From assembly GCA_964247055.1 (NCBI GenBank), contig OZ176054.1, positions 992,001 to 1,056,000 on the forward strand: a stretch of 64,000 nt of DNA, given 5' to 3'. This document shows positions 57,301 to 64,000 of this stretch, in pieces. Every line of letters begins with the position of its first letter. The stretch's first letter is position 1. The position numbers were made by a program, and so were the translations under genes. Source of the DNA: Paragordius varius. Taxonomy: Eukaryota; Animalia; Nematomorpha. The notes under the pieces are model-generated. The model saw only the letters and a program-made list of their open reading frames with translations. It was not told the origin of the DNA and did not search any database.

Positions 57301-58678
57301 TCCAATATGAATAATATTACTTTGATTAAAAGCCGAACTGTGAAGAATTAAAATGCGAGTTAGTGTTTCCAAATCGATTCCATTGTTGGCGCTTTCTAAA
57401 TGCTCTTCCCGTTTATTACAGTAAAAATAATTATACAGAAAGGAAAAACTTAAAAATATAAAGGCAATATACTTTAACATATTTTCCTCTTTTATATACA
57501 AAAATTAAAATAATAGGGACAAACGTAAAAAATAAAGACAAAAATTCTTCAACAAAATACTAATCATACTTTATACTAATCATACTTTTCAAACCTTAAT
57601 TTTTTATAGAGATAGATATTGTAAAATATATAATTGATTGTGTAATCATACAAATTTCAACTTTATTTGACATACTATGTAATGTAAAACAATGAGATGT
57701 TTTATAAAAAAACACAGTTAAAAAATGTACAACATTCTTTTTTAGAAGAAAATATTTGTCGCTATCTTTTTACCTTATGTTCGTAAGTATTTGTTGGATG
57801 AAAAATATATATAAAATAAACCTTTTTGGGGTGCAAGAGATTTCTTGTACAAACTGGCACTGATACCCAAAATAATTCCAATCTTCACGAAATTCGCCGA
57901 AAATGTTATGGCATCTTTCTCCCCATAACTATGTGCTAAAAAATTATCCCAAAAAGATAATAAACATGTTTTTCTATAATGAATCAAGACATTTATTAAG
58001 GATTAGATTAGAAACCGTCGTTTATATATTAAACAACCAAAAAATTATCCCTTTATTAGGTGGTATCTGTATATTATCATTACAGATAGCTCAATAATTT
58101 CTATTTAATAAAGTAGCCCATCTACATGTAGGCATTGATTTTGGCGTGATATTTTTGTCGACAAACTCTAAATACTTTACCAATCCAGTAATTTGGAATG
58201 TGAACTGAAGAAGAATCCTTGTTAGTGCTTTTTTCTGATATAATTTAAATCAGAGGTGTTCAACACGCAGCCCAAAAGAATTTCCGCACCCGCGAAAAAT
58301 TTAAAATACCAAAAAAATACTTATTTAAATGATTCGCAAATATAAGAATCGCGATCTAATTGATAATTCTTAAGCAAACTCGAATTCTTTCCAGATTTTA
58401 TGACAACAAAAGAGCAATATCCGGTGAGAAAGAATTATATATGTTCTCTATTTTACAGTACTATAGAGAGAAAATCTAATATTAAACAAAACCTGGTTGA
58501 GTGTTGTTTTGAGCATCGCTGTTTTGAACATTGTTTGGCGGGCCATGAGAAGCAGCAGAAGAGTTGTTGGCCTGATTCAATGGAGGCGAATCGAGTTGAT
58601 GTAAAATATCAGTATTCAAGAAACTACAATCACCATCCATCTGTAACAATTGCGTCGTGTGTTTGGGTTTCACATCCC
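48395..58678 (-). CDS. ANAPC1: Anaphase-promoting complex subunit 1 (APC1), highly diverged, multi-exon; PC-repeat and C-terminal part
   Basis: GT-AG exons with compatible phases (5' to 3'): 58678-58493, 58234-58181, 57935-57822, 57395-57287, 57240-57047, 56596-56466, 56430-56341, 55882-55815, 55722-55551, 55046-54934, 54641-54551, 51134-50955, 50619-50397, 50220-50102, 49494-49403, 49145-49085, 49010-48945, 48601-48395 (3' end uncertain). Peptides match recalled APC1 motifs in order: IGIILGISAS~IGLLLGVSAA; SAVIFSLGILHQQT..MLREI~AAVVGIGLVYQGT..LLAEI; SYSLCAGLALG~SYSLAAGLALG; GAMVALALIFFKSN~GATLALAMIYLKTN; IRPDFLMM~VKPEFLLL; NLEMCLNAFLISLAMIMAGS~NLETCLSVVLLSLAMVMAGS; SLLFLGQGR~GLLFLGGGR; RYHLQPLRHFY~RYHLQALRHLY. 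More small exons may exist around 58000-58450. Confidence 0.85.
48651..48854. mobile_element. 204-bp MITE with TA target duplication (Tc1/mariner-like), intronic
   Basis: Ends TACGGACAAAACGTTAAAATA ... TATTTTTACGTTTTGTCCATA form imperfect TIRs, with TA at 48649-50 and 48855-56. Related end fragments occur near 49795, 49881 and 57516. Confidence 0.7.
51240..52482 (-). pseudogene. RTE-clade LINE, inverted 5' part: short 5' region, APE endonuclease and linker (frameshifted)
   Basis: ATG at 52417; KLKFGSFNINSL; ALQECHW; SGVKFLI; DRILH; IYAPQ; MGDFNGHFG; HGGY; NTFFKK. These are typical RTE apurinic endonuclease motifs, spread over several frames. Confidence 0.9.
52483..54478 (+). pseudogene. RTE-clade LINE, 3' part: reverse transcriptase, Cys/His finger, C-terminus and (TGA)n tail (frameshifted)
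   Basis: KLPGPSE; IIPIYKKGD; SYRPIKLL; QCGFRP; FLDMERAFD; GLHQGSILSPTLFN; CADDL (YADD equivalent); LTYGSESW; RLQWAGHV. Stop at 54461-63 is followed directly by (TGA)5 at 54464-54478. It lies in APC1 intron 51135-54550. Confidence 0.92.
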
Positions 58679-59065
58679 CTAAAAAATAAGATTGCCAATG
58701 ATACATGTTAATATTGATATGGGGCCTGCTGAATAAAAACAAGCACCTACTGGGTAGTAGGTGCTTGATAGTATGTACCAGTTTTTGAAAAAACATTGAA
58801 TAAAAATAGGTACCTACTATCTTGTACGTACTTAAGTCTTTAGTATGTGTAAAATGTTTATTTTCATTTTGTTTTTTTGTTAGTTTTCAATTTCATTCAT
58901 AAAATGCGTTTGAAAAATTCATAATGAAAATTAGAAAGTCTAACTTTTGGAAAATAAATATCGATTATCTACCCATATTTTTAAATAATGCATTTATTAA
59001 TACACATTTATTTATAAATACACAAAAAATAAATCAAAATAATGTATGAACAATTGAATCTCGTT

Positions 59066-59900
59066 TCATTTTGCCAGCCTTGAGTATTTGGTTAGATCAA
59101 TATTTGCTTCACAATCCTCCACATATTCAATATCAAAATATGAATTACTATCAAAATCTGTTAAGAGTTCGTTAATATATTTGGATGCATTATGTAATAT
59201 GGAACATGTTAATATAAGTTTTGGGATTCGTTCTAGACTTAAACGAATTTCGTTACCAAGTATAGGAAATCGGGTCTTCATCTGACCGAAAACCCGCTCT
59301 CGATAATTCTTCTTTCACAACAATGTAATTTATGGAATTTTTTCTCGTTAATCATATTTTTGAAGGGGGTTAGGAGCCAGGATGATAGAATAGTGGATAT
59401 CCATTATCACCTAACAAACAGAAATCATTTTGTTTGCACATATATGACTGAACAATCGTGTTTTGCCATATCCTTGAATCATGTACAGATCCTGGCCATT
59501 GTGCATCCACGGATGTAATTTCTTCATTGGCATCATGTGAATTGTACATTGAGGGTACATCGACCCTTTCGATTTATATAGGCCTCAACATTTTCTTTTA
59601 GGTCTTAATATTTCAAAGTATGAACAATCAATGCAACCAATAGCAGTTGGCATTTTATATTTGCATAGCCATAATTTATTCGCCATATTAAGCTCTTGAA
59701 ATGACCTGGGAATTTTTACCCAATGAGATTTTGATACTATTTCGTCCATAACTTTAGGTATAGGTTTGAATATTGTGGAACTATGAACATTAAAATCATG
59801 TCCTATACCCGCTTGATATCCCGGATCTCCAAGAAATCTTAACACAAAATCTAGATATATGATATTATAAAGACCTCCATTTGCATCCTAGGAGTTAGTT
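59066..59900 (-). pseudogene. HARBI1-like DDE transposase remnant
   Basis: LRFLGDPGYQ; AIGCIDC; YINRKG; LLGD.GYPL; ERVFGQMKTRFPIL; CSILHN. Broken by stops and frameshifts. Confidence 0.88.
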
Positions 59901-60109
59901 TCCTTAAAGATATATTTAATTTTCAACCAAAATATGAAAGGTCATTTTATCTTAGTCATAACTCGAATTTGAATAAATCGGTGGTTTTTTATATAGAAAA
60001 TAGCTTCATTCAAAAATAGTCACTCAAATATTTATATAAAATTTAAATGTTTATAAAAGAATATTAAGGTCGTTATAAAGTATATAAACTCAAATATTTT
60101 ACACAAAAA

Positions 60110-60240
60110 TGAAATAATCGAAGAAAATTATATGATTGTGGACATTCTTGAAAAAAAACCAATATTTTTTAACAAAAGTAATAAACTCTGCAAATTGAAC
60201 TCACAAATCTTAAAATAGAGAAGGAAAAAAATTATTATTA
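60110..60240 (+). pseudogene. Possible remnant of the Harbinger Myb/SANT-like second ORF
   Basis: The peptides MIVDILEKKPIFFNKS and ELTNLKIEKEK lie divergent from the transposase, where the second ORF is expected. The resemblance is short and recalled only. Confidence 0.35.
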
Positions 60241-61243
60241 ATAATAAAACAAATAATATTTAATAAATTTATTAATAAGTTTATATATATATATATATAT
60301 ATATATGAATCATGTATTTTAAAAAAACATTTATCTTAGAAATTTTATAAAAATATAACCGATATTTGAAAAAATAATAGTTTAAAATGTTGCCATTTAC
60401 CAGCTTAAAAAAAAGCAGTAGATACTAGGTAAAATTTGTAAAAAGACAATTTTTATTCAATGATATTTGTCAGTAAATACTGGTAAACATATTACGTACT
60501 GGATAGTAAAAGCAATATATTTTTTTATTCAATACATAGCTAGTATATACTGGAAAAAACCTAGTTTTTAGTATATACTAGCTTTTATTCAGCAGGCCCA
60601 TGATGATTGCCCTCTTTCTTATTAAAAGTATACAGCGTTTATATGCAGTAATAATCACACACAATAATTATTATACCATTTCCGTTTACTTAAAAAAATG
60701 CTCTATTTTTTTAATTCAACCGCTGTTATAATCTATATAGGGGTACGAAAATATAAATAAACCAAAGAACGAAAAAAAACAATAAATTAATCTTCAATCA
60801 TTTTTATCTAATAATATGTTATCATTATAAACAATGAATTAATTTAAATTGATGGATTACTACTAGTAATCTTTGTCGAATGCAAAAATAAAACAAAAAT
60901 ATGATTTCGAGAAATGTCAATTTTAAAAAACTTATAAAGAAGCACATATGGGAATGAATAGGTAGGGTAAATTCAGTATTAAATTAAATTGTTACCAAAA
61001 GTGATGAGTGTCTTTAGGGCCATGGGAGAAAGGTAAGCGAGATTGGCGGAAAGACCAAGACCTAAGCAGAGACCGCCATGACTTACACAAATTATCCGAC
61101 GAGCTTCGCAACGCCAACGTTCTCCCTTTCGTTTCAGCCATTTCACGCGGCGACGTCTAAGAAAGGCACATATAAATCTTTTTTTATATCCTGAAATATA
61201 TATATAAAGTCTATGAGATTATTAGTAATAATTTGCTATATAG

Positions 61244-62494
61244 CAAAGCTTCTTAAACTATGGGTCGCGAATGATAAATATGAGGAGCCTGGTAAGGTCA
61301 TAAATTTTATTAAGAGCCATGCCCCCTTAACAGTCGCTTATTTCTAATCTCTGTCAGGATATGGATTCCAACTACACAACTTTGTTATTACATGCACAAG
61401 TAAGATGGTTGTCAAGGGGTCAAATTTTAAAAAGATAATTGTTATTGAAGGACGAGATCTAAATATTTTTAACTGAACGAAAATGTGAATTTGCTGCTTT
61501 TTTTAAAATGACTTGTATCTATCCAAGCTGTGATATTTGTCAGATATTTTTGCGAAATTAAACGATCTTAAGTTGTCCCTTCAAAGAAAAATTTGTATAT
61601 TTACTTCAAACGATAAAATTGAAAATTTTATTTAAAAAATCAGCATTTGGAAAAGTAGGGTCGAAAAAAATTCCTTCGAAATTTATAGTGTGGACAATTT
61701 AATTAAGAAAAATTGCAAAACTTTTATTTCAAAAACTATGTGGATCAGTTAAAAGCGCTAGAAATACAGTTTTCCGGACATATTTTATATTAAATATTGA
61801 TTTACAAAAAATTATTTGGATTCAAAAGCCGTTTATGATTGGCTTAAGTGAGATTGATAATCTGCCACTTAAAGCTCAAGATAATTTTACTGAGCTTTCG
61901 TGTGACTCAAACTTAAAACTACAATTCCAAAAAAAACCCTTGACAGAATTCTGGATTAGAACTAGAACTGAATTTACCACAATCGCCGATATGGCGATAA
62001 ATGTACTTCTGCCATTCAACATCAATATTTGTGTGAAGTTACTTTCTCAGCTTAAACACACATTAAATCCCAATTGTGTTCAGCGATAAAAAATATTAAA
62101 GCGGTCCTACGCCCAGCAGTTTTAATTACATCAAGATTTTTGTTATGCAATAAAAACAGGCAAATCCATCTCATTAAATTTGTAAAGTAAACTTTAATTT
62201 AATAATTACCACGCAACTACTTGGATATATTCGAGAAAATTTAGATGGACAGAATCCACTTTTGTTTTTGAAACTATAATAAAAACTCTTTATAACATTT
62301 TGAGCAAATTTCAATCTTATTTTTTGTTTCAAAACGAATTCTAAATTTAATATTTTAATAAGTATATGTATATTATTACCTAATAAATATATCATCAAAA
62401 AATATTTATTTATTTTCTTTTATATTTGTTGGAATCGTTAAGAAACTCTCAATCATAAATGGGGTCGGGAATTACAAAAGTTTAAGAAGCCCTG
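61244..62494 (+). mobile_element. hAT (Buster/Charlie subfamily) internal-deletion derivative, 1251 bp
   Basis: TIRs CAAAGCTTCTTAAACT (61244-59) and AGTTTAAGAAGCCCTG (62479-94). 8-bp TSD CTATATAG (61236-43 and 62495-502) fits the Buster NNNTANNN pattern. Confidence 0.93.
61295..62177 (+). pseudogene. C-terminal half of a Buster-type hAT transposase (ZBED5/SCAND3-like)
   Basis: INFIKS; LNSRLF; LCQDMDS; LLLHAQVRWLSRG; LTEFW; VLLPF; terminal QANPSH* at 62177. Many frameshifts; N-terminal half absent. Confidence 0.88.
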
Positions 62495-62640
62495 CTATAT
62501 AGCAAAAATTGTCCATCTAATACGGTTAACTTTTTTCGATTGTGGCTTGTAATTAAAAAAACATTTTACATCTAAGCAAGCGCCCCTTATCTTTTTAAAA
62601 ATTATTAGTGATAGAAATAGCGCTAAAATGAATTGCTTAC

Positions 62641-62959
62641 TGAGCCTGACGTTGGCCATAATGGGGTCTGTTGGTTCGACTAATGATGACATTGTTTGGG
62701 GGAGGTGTAGTAACAACTGTACTTGAATTGGTATGATTAGAGTTTAAATCTATAAAAAGGTTGATAAGAAATATTTTAAAGTTGCAAATTAGATTTCTTA
62801 CTCGGTTGAGGCATTGTGTGTTCCCCCCCATCTTCACTTTCAACAGAATTATTTTCTTGACTTAAATCGTCTTCCATTCCGTTCTCTTCGACTGAGGAAA
62901 CTTCGCCAATATTTTCTTCATGTTCGCTAATGTGAACAATGTTAGGGTTATCAACACAA
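62641..62959 (-). CDS. Two probable upstream APC1 exons (62959-62802 and 62749-62641) encoding an acidic/low-complexity linker
   Basis: Acceptor TTTTTCTTTTTTGAATAG; 52-nt GTAAGA...TTTATAG intron (62801-62750); donor GTAAGC; phases compatible. Peptide CVDNPNIVHISEHEENIGEVSSVEENGMEDD...RPHYGQRQA. Assignment to APC1 is inferred from strand and position. Confidence 0.55.
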
Positions 62960-63733
62960 CTATTCAAAAAAGAAAAATTAATATTCATTAATATAGAATA
63001 CGGATTATGTACTAATGAGAGACATACCTGGGAAAAGGGGTGCGAGATTGTGTCTGACATTGATCTAAACATAAATGTTTATTCCTTATTTTTATCAATA
63101 ATAATGTACATTCAAACCTCTTTTTGTGCGGACTTTTTTCTAAATTAACTCTTTTTTATTCCTGAGGTATAATTTGAATATTTTCATTTTTTGTGACACG
63201 TATTTTTTGGTTATTTTTCCTACTTTTTTTATGATATATTCGTCTGCTATTATAATATAACCATTGTATTAACTAATATTTGTTTTTACAGTGTGACTTT
63301 ATTTTTGAAAATACTAATGAGTTACAATCAAGTATATTTAGTTATGTTTTTCAGTATAAATAAATAATTCCAAAATGAAAAATTATTTAAAAAATGTTGA
63401 GAGGATTTTCAATATCCCTAAAATTTAAACGCTTATATGGTAATTAGAGTTATACAGAAATTAAAAAAGCACGATACTCAAATAATAATAACTAATACAA
63501 CTTGAAATAATCTAAGCTAAAACTGTTACATGCAATCTGGCGGCAAAGAGGGTGAGAGGTGCTTTTCTTGTCTTATTTTCATATATATGAAATGTTTTGT
63601 GTGCGGATTTTATTCGCATAAAAAGTTTTTTTCATTTTTTGCTCGCGAGTTAACATAATATATCTAGAAAATGACTTTTACGATCCCTTGTACGCACAAA
63701 AAAAGATTTTACTCTAAATCAAAATGCCCATAC

Positions 63734-63974
63734 TATGCAAAAGAGGAAATTGTTTAGAATGTGTTATTGTTGTTGTATCCATGAGGGTCTTGTAATATTC
63801 AGCGAGATCGCGATGATTTTCCCAGATTTGATTCAAATTGGAACGAACGATTTTTTCGGCCTCTCTTTCGTTAATCAAATGCGTGGCTGACTTCAGAGCA
63901 TTCGGTTTCAATAAAAGCGGTTCACTCAAAATATCCAAGGGTGGTACATTATAAAATATCCAATTGTTTAGCGC
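63734..63974 (-). CDS. Probable coding exon, likely further upstream in APC1
   Basis: TTTGTAAG acceptor; open frame ALNNWIFYNVPPLDILSEPLL...KQFPLLH; GTATGG donor; GC higher than flanks. No recognisable motif. Confidence 0.45.
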
Positions 63975-64000
63975 CTTACAAATATAATAAATATACCTAT

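Larger units (their letters stand above)
58722..60599 (-). mobile_element. PIF/Harbinger DNA transposon (1878 bp), defective
   Basis: Perfect 17-bp TIR GGGCCTGCTGAATAAAA (58722-58738 and 60583-60599), flanked by a 3-bp duplication ATG (58719-21 and 60600-02). It contains a Harbinger transposase remnant. Confidence 0.92.

Noticed and set aside
58251-58273. hAT-like end CAGAGGTGTTCAACACGCAGCCC
   Set aside because: No partner TIR or TSD was found, so it is not supportable as an element.
50349-58711. Plus-strand ORFs (50349, 51036, 51320, 52105, 57075, 57903, 58400) and minus-strand ORFs 52492 and 53332
   Set aside because: They are antisense shadows of APC1 exons or of the LINE halves.
61001-61194. 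Box C/D snoRNA (GTGATGA...CTGA) or a U1 snRNA gene
   Set aside because: The boxes are antisense to the host gene and lack a terminal stem. The U1-like CTTACCT lies downstream of the Sm-like site, which is the wrong order. Kept only as an unexplained island.
63520-63670. An additional APC1 exon between 63734 and 62959
   Set aside because: Every frame consistent with the nearby acceptor hits a stop, so I could not define it.

Overview
AT-rich eukaryotic (most likely invertebrate animal) genomic DNA at a satellite/gene boundary. 1-40773 is a head-to-tail satellite of about 235 monomers in two length classes (178 and 166 bp) with several local higher-order repeat (HOR) periods, consistent with centromeric or pericentromeric DNA. 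It ends abruptly in an (ATTTT)n microsatellite that decays into T-rich DNA, which flips to A-rich DNA near 43705. Two non-autonomous Helitron-family copies follow in divergent orientation (44770-45858 on -, 46571-~47860 on +). The remainder is a highly diverged, multi-exon minus-strand gene for anaphase-promoting complex subunit 1 (ANAPC1/APC1), invisible in the ORF track because its exons are short. Phase-consistent exons run 48395-58678, with probable further exons up to the window end. The gene span holds a TA-flanked MITE, a decayed RTE LINE with a 5' inversion, a PIF/Harbinger element (17-bp TIRs, ATG TSD) and a Buster-type hAT deletion derivative (8-bp TSD). I found no CRISPR array, rRNA or tRNA. 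Family and gene calls rest on recalled motifs and manual alignment, not on database searches.
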